Source: a virus. Taken from it: a stretch of 64,000 nt of DNA. The position numbers were made by a program, and so were the translations under genes. Shown here in pieces: positions 1 to 9,556 of the stretch (its first letter is position 1; each line of letters begins with the position of its first letter). The notes under the pieces were generated by a model. That model ran no database searches and was not told the DNA's origin. It worked only from the letters and a program-made list of their open reading frames with translations. The stretch is from positions 96,001 to 160,000 of IMG/VR virus record IMGVR_UViG_3300018080_000001. The stretch is one strand, 5' to 3'.

Positions 1-590
1 CGTCCGGAATCTACCTGCTTAGATCTACTCAAAAGTAACCGTTGCTCTTCGTACGCTTCCAATATTTCAACATCCACAGTAGTACCTTTATCCGAAGCTA
101 ACTTCTCATAGAAATTATTATATTCATCTTCATTCAAAAGATCCATAATAGGTGGATGCCTGTTCAACATCTTTCGCAAATCCATACTCTTTTTCAATTC
201 TTCAAAAGGAACGAACTGCGTTAGATTGTAAGGCTTCTGACTCTCAGGAATAATAATCGGATAAATATCCGGAGCCTTACCAAATTGAAGTGCAATTTGT
301 GTATTAGACATATTCAGCACATACACATCTCGTTCTTCTTTAAAATAGTTGGTAAAATTCTTTACAGCTTGTAGCATATCCATTTTTCTCACCCGTTTCT
401 CTCCCTTTAACCTTATGGTGAAGGGGTTAGTGTTGAAGACAAGAGCCTTACCCTGTTTAACCAAGATCCTTGCTTTGGCAGGATGTGTAAACGAGATGTG
501 TCTGTTGTCCACATCCAGAACACTAATTTTTGACTGATCTTTGTTTGGCAATGCAAGGACTCTCGCCCAACTCTCCCATACATTTTGCAT
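1..590 (-). CDS. Partial CDS (runs off window): N-terminal PLMP/RRXRR-like domain fused to a putative head-associated protein
   Basis: Not in ORF track. Manual translation is open from ATG 590 to the window edge: MQNVWESWARVLALPNKDQSKISVLDVDNRHISFTHPAKARILVKQGKALVFNTNPFTIRLKGEKRVRKMDMLQAVKNFTNYFKEERDVYVLN...; alternative start ATG 383. Confidence 0.75.
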   Translation of the reverse strand, partial: MQNVWESWARVLALPNKDQSKISVLDVDNRHISFTHPAKARILVKQGKALVFNTNPFTIRLKGEKRVRKMDMLQAVKNFTNYFKEERDVYVLNMSNTQIALQFGKAPDIYPIIIPESQKPYNLTQFVPFEELKKSMDLRKMLNRHPPIMDLLNEDEYNNFYEKLASDKGTTVDVEILEAYEEQRLLLSRSKQVDSG

Positions 591-596
591 GGGGTT

Positions 597-629
597 AAAA
601 AGAACGGGGAGTAATATTACTCCCCGTTC
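597..629 (-). terminator. Rho-independent terminator after the major capsid gene
   Basis: GAACGGGGAGTAATATTACTCCCCGTTC perfect palindrome followed by TTTTT on the minus strand. Confidence 0.85.
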
Positions 630-638
630 AGCACCCTT

Positions 639-1859
639 TTACTTAACTCCCTTGGCCACAGCCTTACTATTGGCGCAACCGAAAGAAACCAATTCACAGA
701 ATGACCAACCCTTAACAGTTTCCATATTGGCGTACTTATTAAAGGGTTCGCTAAACAGATCCATTCGAATACCCATCTCACCAAAATACTCAGAAGCCGT
801 ACAGGCATAGAAAGTACCGGCCGGAATGACTTCCTCAACACCAATACCCGCAGCCGTAAGAATCTGAGCACTTAGGATATTCCCGATATGTCCAGCTAAA
901 ATCAACTCACGCTCAGTTACAGGATCAACAGCCGTTGACATCGTAGTAATAATGTCAGAAAGCTCCGCACGATTAATGAAGAACTTCTCCACCATCAAAC
1001 GATGCCGCTCAACTTGAAAACGAACAGCCTCAAAAGCTGCAATACCCAACGTGGCATAAGTCGTCACGGTGTTAATCGCGGTTGAAGCGGCATCCGCCAG
1101 AGCAATACCGAGTTTATCCTCCTGAAGCTCAATCTCTTGACGGGCAGTATCCTGCGCACGATCAAGAACATCAAAGTTCAGATGATAGATATCTGCGATA
1201 TCCACGGTCGGAAAAGAGGTAATCTTGTCCTCTTTAGGGGTGATCCATTTGGACTTAATCCTTGATTCCGGAGTCTGCCCGTCCTGACCAACAACCCAAG
1301 CAACCGAACGAACATCTACAGGAATACGGAAAAGTTCACCTTGAGCAACATCTCGCACTCTATACCACTTACGAGCAAAACCTTCGTAATCAAGAATTTG
1401 CTTAATAGGATATGCAAGCTCTTGCCCAACAACATGCCAACCCGCGTCAGATGTTCGATCAGTCAAAGCAGCTGCAAGAATTTCTCGACGCTGCTCCGGA
1501 CTCATAGTCTGAGAGGGATCATCAGGATTGTATGGACGCAGGGAACTTGCTTCCTTAGACGTGGTATTAAGAAGCTGGCGAATCTGCACAAGTGCGTCTT
1601 TCGCGTCATCAGCGTTAATCTGTCCTTCTTTATTGAACATCTTATCGCCGACAGCTGCTTTCACATCACGCGGAGTATAGCTGTAACGCTGCGGATTATA
1701 CTGTCCGTTCTCATCATACAGCTGCTCATCCTTACGAGAAGTCAACCGTTGCTTAGGACGCATGTGTACACGTCGTTGTTTGCCCTTAGTAGCTCTCCTA
1801 GCCGACGTAGAAGGGGCAGGACGATTACTATTACTGATGCTCTTATAGGGATTACCCAT
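639..1859 (-). CDS. Major capsid protein (HK97-fold)
   Basis: 406 aa; PIKQILDYEGFARK and DVLDRAQDTARQEIELQED segments typical of large-phage MCPs; last gene of protease-scaffold-decoration run; AAGGAG RBS; followed by terminator. Confidence 0.85.
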   Translation of the reverse strand: MGNPYKSISNSNRPAPSTSARRATKGKQRRVHMRPKQRLTSRKDEQLYDENGQYNPQRYSYTPRDVKAAVGDKMFNKEGQINADDAKDALVQIRQLLNTTSKEASSLRPYNPDDPSQTMSPEQRREILAAALTDRTSDAGWHVVGQELAYPIKQILDYEGFARKWYRVRDVAQGELFRIPVDVRSVAWVVGQDGQTPESRIKSKWITPKEDKITSFPTVDIADIYHLNFDVLDRAQDTARQEIELQEDKLGIALADAASTAINTVTTYATLGIAAFEAVRFQVERHRLMVEKFFINRAELSDIITTMSTAVDPVTERELILAGHIGNILSAQILTAAGIGVEEVIPAGTFYACTASEYFGEMGIRMDLFSEPFNKYANMETVKGWSFCELVSFGCANSKAVAKGVK

Positions 1860-1873
1860 CGTACTACTCCTTT

Positions 1874-2653
1874 CTAGGTCAAGCCACCACGGTAGCGAAT
1901 GCCCATGTACGGATCAGATGCCGTAGGAACTTGGAATACTGTTCCAATGTCCGGTCCTGCCCCCGTACCCGTCAATGTTACATACCCATCAAGACCCTGA
2001 GCCGTAGCCCCGGCCTCAACCACACTATTCACCGCGTAGATTTTACTCGGGTCATACGCAGTTGTGAAAATAGTAGACCAGTTATTAATAACTGTCATGC
2101 GGCTGTCATTGTACTCTGTATAATCGAGAGAATTAAAAAAATTCTTACCCTCAAACTGGAGTGTAGACAGTGGAACTTGATACATATACGTTACGTACAC
2201 ATACCCACCGGAAGGAATGGTAGAACCTGCTGTACGCACCACAGTACCATTAGTGTAATTGACGGTATAATCACTACCCGCACCTTCAGTGTACGTTGTA
2301 CCACCACCAACTACTGCGCTTGAAACTCGAACACCACCACCTGAACCAGTAGGATCAAGTAATATTGCGTTTGCAAGAGACGTAGCAACAACACCGGTTA
2401 ACTGAATATACTCGTCAACCACTGTTTCGTACAAAGCTGTCGTCTTGTCATACTTGGCAAAACCAAACGGAGCAGCACCAGTGCTGACAATGATCTCCTG
2501 ACTCGTATTAAGCTCGACCAACATACCGGCTCTAAACGTAGTAGTTGCATTAACCACATACGTACCGATATTTGATCCAATAACCGAGCGCTTCAGATCA
2601 ATACCTGCATTGATAATGCTAGTTTGGTACGCCTGCCATTGAGGTGTAGCCAT
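1874..2653 (-). CDS. Capsid decoration / head-stabilising protein
   Basis: 259 aa, beta-rich (T/G/V/Y), immediately upstream of MCP. Confidence 0.6.
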   Translation of the reverse strand: MATPQWQAYQTSIINAGIDLKRSVIGSNIGTYVVNATTTFRAGMLVELNTSQEIIVSTGAAPFGFAKYDKTTALYETVVDEYIQLTGVVATSLANAILLDPTGSGGGVRVSSAVVGGGTTYTEGAGSDYTVNYTNGTVVRTAGSTIPSGGYVYVTYMYQVPLSTLQFEGKNFFNSLDYTEYNDSRMTVINNWSTIFTTAYDPSKIYAVNSVVEAGATAQGLDGYVTLTGTGAGPDIGTVFQVPTASDPYMGIRYRGGLT

Positions 2654-2680
2654 AATCTAGCTCCTTTTGAAATACAGCAG

Positions 2681-4747
2681 CTACTTACGCATATCTCCAA
2701 GTTGCCTGCCCAATTTAGTAGACGTAAGCGCGTTGCTAATTTCATCAAAATTTGTTTCATGAGGAATACTGACAGGTTCCTCTGTTTTCACATTAAAATT
2801 CCCAGAAGACAATTTTTCTCTCATACTTCTGGAATCTCTGCTCGCCACTACATTATCATTCGTTTCCACTGGAGTAGGAAACAGTCCTTCAATATCTTTC
2901 TGTACATCATTCAGATAAGAATCATCCTTTTCCAAAAGATCCGCTGCTTTGGATAAAAGATCTTCAACAAAGCTATCATGACCTTCTTGTGCAATAAGCT
3001 CAATCAATTCTACGGCTGTTCTCTGGTCCATTCCCGTATAGATTTCACCATCAGAAAATTCAACCGCACCTTCATTAGCCGCTAGAACATCAGCCATCGC
3101 AACTTTATAACTATTTGGATAATGATTTAACTTCATCCTAGCAGATGCAATCCGTACACATTTAGAAAACTTATGAGCAAACTTTTCAACTTGCTCTTGC
3201 ACTAATTTCTCAGCACGAGCTTGATATAGTTTCTTATAGTTATCTTCTAATTCAGCTGTTTTGAAATCCACTTCAGCTTCATCCAAAGAAGACTCCTCCG
3301 GCTTATCCGGCTCCTCTTTAGTATCAGTATCCGACTCATCCGTAACACTCATATCCCGAGCATCGCCAATACCTTCGGGCTTTTCCTCGGTAACAACTTC
3401 AATATCATCCTCGATACCGCCCAACTTCTTATAACGTGCTACCGTCTTCTCTTTGGATTTTCTCTCTTTAACTTTTTCTTTTAACGATACTTTAGTAACT
3501 GTTGGTTTCTCCTCAGTATCTGTATCCATTTCCTTCAACACATCAGATTCGCCCTTATCCAGCTCTTCTCTAGAATCCGTATCGCCGCCCCCAGTAACAG
3601 GCTCATCCACTGGAAGGACTTCACCACCTGTAGTCTCTATATCTTCATCCACTCCCGCTTTAAGCAAACGGGAACCGCATAACTCAGCGGCTTTACTCCA
3701 ACCATCACGTATAATAACGCTCTTAACCTTATTAGCTAATTTAGCCAAAGCCTTTTTATCCGCTTTAACTTTCTTATTAGTAAGACCGAAAAACATGGGG
3801 CCATGATCTTCATGGTGCGCAGCTATGTTCCCTTCTTTCGTAATCACAATTTTAGATTTCTTAGCCCGAATGAGTTGTTCTCTATCCAAACCCATCTCAT
3901 CCACCGTAGGCATTTTCTTATCTTCTTCTTTCAATTCCCTAAGCTTTTTCATTTTATCTTCTTTATCATCCTCGTCCTTATCCTTATCCAGCTTAGGTTT
4001 ATCTTTATCCTTTTTATCCCTATCCTTTTCGTCTTCTTCCTCTTCCGCCAGCATGGGTGGAGTACTAACAGGAGGTGGCGTTGACATATCCTGTACCGCT
4101 TGAGCAGACTTAATCCGGGCCAAAGCAATAATATATTTACGAGCCTTACCCATTAACTTCTTTACTTCATCCTCATCACGATCTTCAGATTTTTCATCAA
4201 TCTTCTTTAAATCTTTTACCTTCTTCTCTAGTCCTTCTTCCTCTTTCTTTTCCTTCTTCTCTTCCTTTATTTCTTCCTTCTCTTCTTTCTCTTCTTTCTT
4301 ATCTTCTTCACCCAAAATTAATTTAGCTGCACTCATTATTTTCTTAAGTTCTTCTTTATCGCCTTTTTCTAATTCTTCTTCCTTACCTTCCAACTCCTCA
4401 AGAATTCCTTCTAGTTCTCCTGCACCTTCTTCAATATCTTTTTTCTTATCAATTTCTTTTAACTCCTCTTTAGCTTCGCCCTTATCCTCTTTAGAAAGCA
4501 TTCCCTTTTCCTTCATAAACTCCACCATAAGATCAAATGCTTCTTCAGGATCTTCAACATTCCGCAACTTAGCCAAGCAACCTTCAAAGTCCTCTGGCAT
4601 TTTAACTGCACTACGCCGAAACATAGACTTCCGAATTAAATCTTGTGTCTGACTTTCAATAACACTTCGATCAGACGCGCTTAATTCGATATCTCCGCGA
4701 TTGAATATATCTGCTACAGTCCTAAATAGTTCGATTTTATGATCCAT
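2681..4747 (-). CDS. Capsid scaffolding protein
   Basis: Very E/K/D-rich coiled-coil protein between protease and capsid genes; AGGAG RBS favours ATG 4747 (MDHKI) over 4783. Confidence 0.65.
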   Translation of the reverse strand: MDHKIELFRTVADIFNRGDIELSASDRSVIESQTQDLIRKSMFRRSAVKMPEDFEGCLAKLRNVEDPEEAFDLMVEFMKEKGMLSKEDKGEAKEELKEIDKKKDIEEGAGELEGILEELEGKEEELEKGDKEELKKIMSAAKLILGEEDKKEEKEEKEEIKEEKKEKKEEEGLEKKVKDLKKIDEKSEDRDEDEVKKLMGKARKYIIALARIKSAQAVQDMSTPPPVSTPPMLAEEEEDEKDRDKKDKDKPKLDKDKDEDDKEDKMKKLRELKEEDKKMPTVDEMGLDREQLIRAKKSKIVITKEGNIAAHHEDHGPMFFGLTNKKVKADKKALAKLANKVKSVIIRDGWSKAAELCGSRLLKAGVDEDIETTGGEVLPVDEPVTGGGDTDSREELDKGESDVLKEMDTDTEEKPTVTKVSLKEKVKERKSKEKTVARYKKLGGIEDDIEVVTEEKPEGIGDARDMSVTDESDTDTKEEPDKPEESSLDEAEVDFKTAELEDNYKKLYQARAEKLVQEQVEKFAHKFSKCVRIASARMKLNHYPNSYKVAMADVLAANEGAVEFSDGEIYTGMDQRTAVELIELIAQEGHDSFVEDLLSKAADLLEKDDSYLNDVQKDIEGLFPTPVETNDNVVASRDSRSMREKLSSGNFNVKTEEPVSIPHETNFDEISNALTSTKLGRQLGDMRK

Positions 4748-4763
4748 CTTCGGTGCTCCTATG

Positions 4764-5672
4764 TTACCGAGGTTGAAGTGCATGATTCAGTATACTAGCC
4801 ACCGACCCGGGAATGGTTTCGGCATGCTTAACTACAAAATTTGCGATTTCTTGCAAATCGTTTTTATTAAAATTCTTATTACTGGCCGCTAAACTAAGAA
4901 TATCATCTTGAATTTCAGCCGTCTCATCAGCCGGGTCATCAACCGCAGAAATCTCTTGGAAAATAGTTCCCATACACTTTTCCCAAGCCAACCGCATTGA
5001 TCCATCTTTAGCCTTAAGCGGCATTCTGGCATGTTTTCCACGGACGCATTTACATAATTCAAAATCTGTAGTAGCTACGTTGCCGCATACTGCGCACTCC
5101 GTAGCAACAACATCACAACCCATAGAAAATTTTCTTACAGATCCACTCTTATACGCACTAGCAAGAGCTGGATCTTTTGTAGTATCTACGCCAATAAGCA
5201 ACTCTACAAAAACGTCCCGATCAACGTCTTTACCCAAAGCCTCTTTAACTGCTCTTTTAACAGTGTCATCAGCAGCATTCTGAGTATTGAGATGGCTATC
5301 TAATATAACACCACGACTTAATTTAAGATCGGAAGCATTATGGTTAACAAAATGAGGCTTTAAGTTATAAGTCTTATAAACTTGACTAGCAATTATATCA
5401 TCAAACCGCTCTAATTCAGCTTGTTCCCAACCATCCAAATTATTATTTGGACGGTCAGCACTATTTGCCCGAGCAGGAATAAAAATATAATCCCTTGGAT
5501 CTCTACTTATAACGTAAGCATCCGCAACAGAATCTAATGCAGCCTCAACATTCATATTCACTCCATCTTCCATATAAAAAGATGAAATTTTTGATGAAGC
5601 AGATTTAGATCTGGACCATGAACCATTATGTCGGAAACCTAATGGCTCCCACTGTGATATTTTTCTGAACAT
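4764..5672 (-). CDS. Prohead maturation protease with Cys-rich insertion
   Basis: FVNHN...GVILDS...FSMGC...CAVC...EISAVDDPAD pattern; position between portal and scaffold. Confidence 0.75.
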   Translation of the reverse strand: MFRKISQWEPLGFRHNGSWSRSKSASSKISSFYMEDGVNMNVEAALDSVADAYVISRDPRDYIFIPARANSADRPNNNLDGWEQAELERFDDIIASQVYKTYNLKPHFVNHNASDLKLSRGVILDSHLNTQNAADDTVKRAVKEALGKDVDRDVFVELLIGVDTTKDPALASAYKSGSVRKFSMGCDVVATECAVCGNVATTDFELCKCVRGKHARMPLKAKDGSMRLAWEKCMGTIFQEISAVDDPADETAEIQDDILSLAASNKNFNKNDLQEIANFVVKHAETIPGSVASILNHALQPR

Positions 5673-5755
5673 ATACTACCTTATAAAAGTATAGTCCTCT
5701 ACTAAACAAATTGTAGTTTAATTATAATAGGAGATTTAAAACAACTGAGGATTAA

Positions 5756-6070
5756 TTAAGTTAAATACTTCAGTACTAAATCATCAAAAGTTTTTTTATC
5801 TAAATCAGTTTTTAACTCTTTATACTGCCAGATGCCAGTACACGCTTCCCCCAGAATACTATCGATCCAACCATAATCATTGCGATTATGGTTAACAATT
5901 TTTAATCGCCCACCCTTTTTTATGAATCTACCCAGCATACGACCACAAACCATATTAAAAGACTTCACAAAAGATTCTACTTTAGATCTACAATAATAAC
6001 TACCATCTACATAATTATGATAAACCAAAGAAACAGGTCTATCTTCGTCCGAAATTAAAAAAATACGCAT
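5756..6070 (-). CDS. Hypothetical protein
   Basis: 104 aa ORF in operon. Confidence 0.6.
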   Translation of the reverse strand: MRIFLISDEDRPVSLVYHNYVDGSYYCRSKVESFVKSFNMVCGRMLGRFIKKGGRLKIVNHNRNDYGWIDSILGEACTGIWQYKELKTDLDKKTFDDLVLKYLT

Positions 6071-6197
6071 AATTTAATTTTTCTTTTCTTTTTTATCTTT
6101 CTTCTTAGAATCCTCTGCCTCTCCTTTCAAATCTTTATAGTCAATGACCTTACCAACTACCTTTGCATCACTTCTTTTTTTGAAACCCATTTTTGCC

Positions 6198-7184
6198 TCA
6201 CGTTATTAGTGCTCTTGTTTCAGCATCCCAATAATGATTATCGTATCTTATAACCTCTTTACCATCTAAATAATAAGTTTCTAAATCATTTTTATTTATA
6301 TCTGCGTCCAAAAACGAATCTAGCTCTTTTGCCTTACCAAACTCACGAACAAATACATCAGGTCCATATCCATACACATAGCCATTATGAACGTACAAAA
6401 CATCGTCTTCTTCATCATATACGACAACTTCATCAGCTTCAATACCGGTAATATCTCCATAAAAAATATTAGTAAATTTTATTTTATTATACGACAAATT
6501 TACGAGTAGATTTATAAAATTTTTGTTTTTAAATTCTAAAGGAAAATCTACTATAACTTTTCCCGAAATATTAATCTCTTTCACATCCAAATTCCCGAGC
6601 AAAGGTCCACTATATACCTCGCGAAAAATAACCGGAAAATAATCACAAGAACAATGTGCGTGTGATATTGTATCTCCATCTAAAAGAACATTTAATATAT
6701 AATTAGTATCAAAAATACAACCGTTATAAGCATTACAAACCGGACACAATCCAGAAGATTTAAACATAACTTGATGGATACCCATATCCAAAAAAGCTTT
6801 TGTCCTAGCTATAGAGCACAAAGCAAAATAATCATTCACGTTGGACATAGCAAATTCCAAAATATTTATATCGCTATCATCCATAATTAAGTCTTTAGCG
6901 CTTAAAGCAACCCCCTTCATAAGGGTGGACTTAATAGACAAAAAATCAAATATTTTAAAAGCTTTTTTCTTGCTATTTAAGAATATTTCATAATACTTAT
7001 CAGGCTTAATTATAATTTTATCCGAAATAAATTTATCAAGATCGTTTTCTAAAACAGGGCCATTAGCAAGTGATAGGATAGTTTTCTTATCAAACACATT
7101 TTTTTTAATTAACTTTTCACTAGACTTTTTTAGTAAAGCTGCGGAACCATCGCCAACAAAAAAAGAATCAAAATCCTCACTCAC
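6198..7184 (-). CDS. Head morphogenesis protein, SPP1 gp7 / Mu gpF-like
   Basis: CPVC...HAHCSC resembles the CxxC...HPNCRC motif; directly downstream of portal. Confidence 0.5.
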   Translation of the reverse strand: MSEDFDSFFVGDGSAALLKKSSEKLIKKNVFDKKTILSLANGPVLENDLDKFISDKIIIKPDKYYEIFLNSKKKAFKIFDFLSIKSTLMKGVALSAKDLIMDDSDINILEFAMSNVNDYFALCSIARTKAFLDMGIHQVMFKSSGLCPVCNAYNGCIFDTNYILNVLLDGDTISHAHCSCDYFPVIFREVYSGPLLGNLDVKEINISGKVIVDFPLEFKNKNFINLLVNLSYNKIKFTNIFYGDITGIEADEVVVYDEEDDVLYVHNGYVYGYGPDVFVREFGKAKELDSFLDADINKNDLETYYLDGKEVIRYDNHYWDAETRALIT

Positions 7185-8953
7185 TATTCTACTCCCATAG
7201 GCATTGCACCCTCAGAAGGTGCTTCAATACTTTCTTCAGGTGTCCCAGCTTCCCCGCTACCTGGTGCTCCTGGACCTGTAGGCTTAGCAGCATTCGGAGG
7301 TTTAGCTGCCCCTCCAGCTGGCTTAGGAGCCCCTCCCGGGGGAGCAGCTCCCGGCTTAGGCATCGTAGTTTCTTGCTTATACTGCTGTGCTAACTCTGTT
7401 CCCAACGTTTTGTCAATAATCTCTTTTTTCTCTTTCCATTCCACTGCTTTGTTCTTCGTTTCTGCCTTCCAATCAAGACCTAAAACAGAACCAACAGTAG
7501 ACTGGGAAACATCAAATCCCAATTTTTCCATTTGTAAAAGAGCTTGTAGCAAATCACTGTCAACAGAAGGATCTAACTTATTTTTCCATTGTAATTTCGG
7601 CATAATAAGCAAATTCTCATCCGATAGTTCCTGTGCAGTTCTCTTCTTTCTATATCCACCTGCTATTTCTTTTGGACTAGATTTATACCAACCGTTCACA
7701 ATAGCTATCGGCCTTATAAATTTTGGATAAATCCAAACACTCTCAAAATATTGCCTCAAGGACAGAAGACGACGAAGAAAAACTTGAAGACCGCCTTTCA
7801 CACTGCTAAATGAAACCTCTCCCGTCATAAAGCCTTTAGACAATCCAAGAGCTGTTAGCTTTACTTTTTCGATAACATCATGCTCACCACGAATTGAAAT
7901 AGCTCGATCAGTAGTCCCCCAAGCTTCAAAATTTATACCATAATCCCAACAAAGCCATGCATTCGGATCAACCTCACATCTACTCAGCATAGCTAATAAC
8001 TCCGTTTCCCTTTCAGGATCAGGAATCCACTGTGTAGCAGCATCACCAAGTTTAATAACTTTAATCGGACTCGCATGACGCCTATAAGTGGCAATAGTGC
8101 TGTTATATACAGCGTCCTCCACCATCCAAATACGCCATAATCTTGATGCCATAGAAGTACCACGACTATCATAGGGTGATAGTCTCCGAGCAATGAAAGA
8201 ACAATTACTAGACTCCAATTTAATTGGTTGTCTCGCTAAAACGCGGCTAACAAATTCAGATGGCAATGAAGTTCTTAATTTAATAGAGTCTGGAGATCTG
8301 TCGGACAAAAGCTTAATTAGCTCCTCATCGGGTTGCAAATATATAATAGGGTCCATATTTATAATGGGAGAATCTTTTACCTCTATATTATCCGGATTGT
8401 GTAAAGCTATATAATCCCAGATACCCAAATCTTCGTTGAAAAAACAATGAGGGAAAACTTCACCAAGTACTAAATACTCCCTCACCATTTGTTTCAGTCG
8501 ATCAAGAAAATCAACCTTCTCGCACATTAAATTAATAGTATTTTTTATATCCTCTTTATCCCCGTCTTCTACTTGAACTTCAAACGAGCTAACAAGCATC
8601 TCACTGTACATATCCATCGCCATGCCAAACATGGGATCTAATTTTTGGAATAATCTCCAATAAGAATTGGCCGTCCTACGATCAATCGGATACTGCATCC
8701 GATCAGGGCTTTCAATTTCTGGCAGGTACGGCCTTTGCATATGATTAAGTACTTGACCACCACCTCCACCACCATATGTAGTTTGCATAGTACCTGGATT
8801 AAAAGTTCCCATACGTGGAGGTAGAGGATTCAAAGTACCACCGATCTTAGCCACATCATCTCTAACAACTTCCCTCTGCATAGATCTTGGATTAGTAGAT
8901 ATAATGCGCGGTTTAAAAGAATTAGCCCTTTTTTTAAATTCATCTTTATCCAT
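7184..8953 (-). CDS. Portal protein
   Basis: 589 aa; REYLVLGEVFP, PYDSRGTS, IKVIKLGD segments and Pro/Gly/Ala-rich tail; position in head module. Confidence 0.85.
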   Translation of the reverse strand: MDKDEFKKRANSFKPRIISTNPRSMQREVVRDDVAKIGGTLNPLPPRMGTFNPGTMQTTYGGGGGGQVLNHMQRPYLPEIESPDRMQYPIDRRTANSYWRLFQKLDPMFGMAMDMYSEMLVSSFEVQVEDGDKEDIKNTINLMCEKVDFLDRLKQMVREYLVLGEVFPHCFFNEDLGIWDYIALHNPDNIEVKDSPIINMDPIIYLQPDEELIKLLSDRSPDSIKLRTSLPSEFVSRVLARQPIKLESSNCSFIARRLSPYDSRGTSMASRLWRIWMVEDAVYNSTIATYRRHASPIKVIKLGDAATQWIPDPERETELLAMLSRCEVDPNAWLCWDYGINFEAWGTTDRAISIRGEHDVIEKVKLTALGLSKGFMTGEVSFSSVKGGLQVFLRRLLSLRQYFESVWIYPKFIRPIAIVNGWYKSSPKEIAGGYRKKRTAQELSDENLLIMPKLQWKNKLDPSVDSDLLQALLQMEKLGFDVSQSTVGSVLGLDWKAETKNKAVEWKEKKEIIDKTLGTELAQQYKQETTMPKPGAAPPGGAPKPAGGAAKPPNAAKPTGPGAPGSGEAGTPEESIEAPSEGAMPMGVE

Positions 8954-8956
8954 CTA

Positions 8957-9490
8957 TTACTCTTCTACATCCTTCTTCTGCTTTTGTTCCTTCAACTTAG
9001 TATCCACAATAATACCAGCCTCCCTAAGAGTAAACATCTCCCGCGCTGATAACTCTTCCGGAAGATCTTTTCGCTCTATATTAGAAAAATTAATCTCTAC
9101 TTTTTTCTTTAATAAAGACGGTAATTGTTTTATACGGTCTTCCTCTTTTTTAATAGAATCCTTATAATTTTCTTTCAATTCGTTTAGCTTTTCTTTATAT
9201 AAAACTAAATTTTCTGCTTTTATAGCGTGAAGTCCTGTTCTCTCGTCTATGATACAATTACCATCTTCATCCCTACTACAGTAATCTTGAATTAATTCCA
9301 AACGTTTTCTATTATATGGCAAAAGTTCTTCCATTTCTTTTCCCGCTTCCTCAAGAAAAGAAATTTTATCCTTTATCGCAATCATATTTGTAGAAATATC
9401 CCAACGAAAATCCAAAGTTCCTAATTTTTCTTCAGAAATTTTACTAAGAACATTCCAAATATCAACTAGATCTTTGTTACTAAATTCCAT
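8957..9490 (-). CDS. Hypothetical helical protein (possible fibre assembly chaperone)
   Basis: 177 aa, charged, follows fibre genes. Confidence 0.5.
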   Translation of the reverse strand: MEFSNKDLVDIWNVLSKISEEKLGTLDFRWDISTNMIAIKDKISFLEEAGKEMEELLPYNRKRLELIQDYCSRDEDGNCIIDERTGLHAIKAENLVLYKEKLNELKENYKDSIKKEEDRIKQLPSLLKKKVEINFSNIERKDLPEELSAREMFTLREAGIIVDTKLKEQKQKKDVEE

Positions 9491-9556
9491 TTTTAATTAC
9501 CTCTTTAAAGTTTTTATTATAATATACTTTTTAAAAAACATAGACTTATTAGAACT

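Noticed and set aside
1-590. IS200/IS605 IscB transposon insertion
   Set aside because: No RRxRR bridge helix, RuvC or HNH motifs follow the PLMP-like segment, and there is no room for an omegaRNA between it and the capsid terminator.
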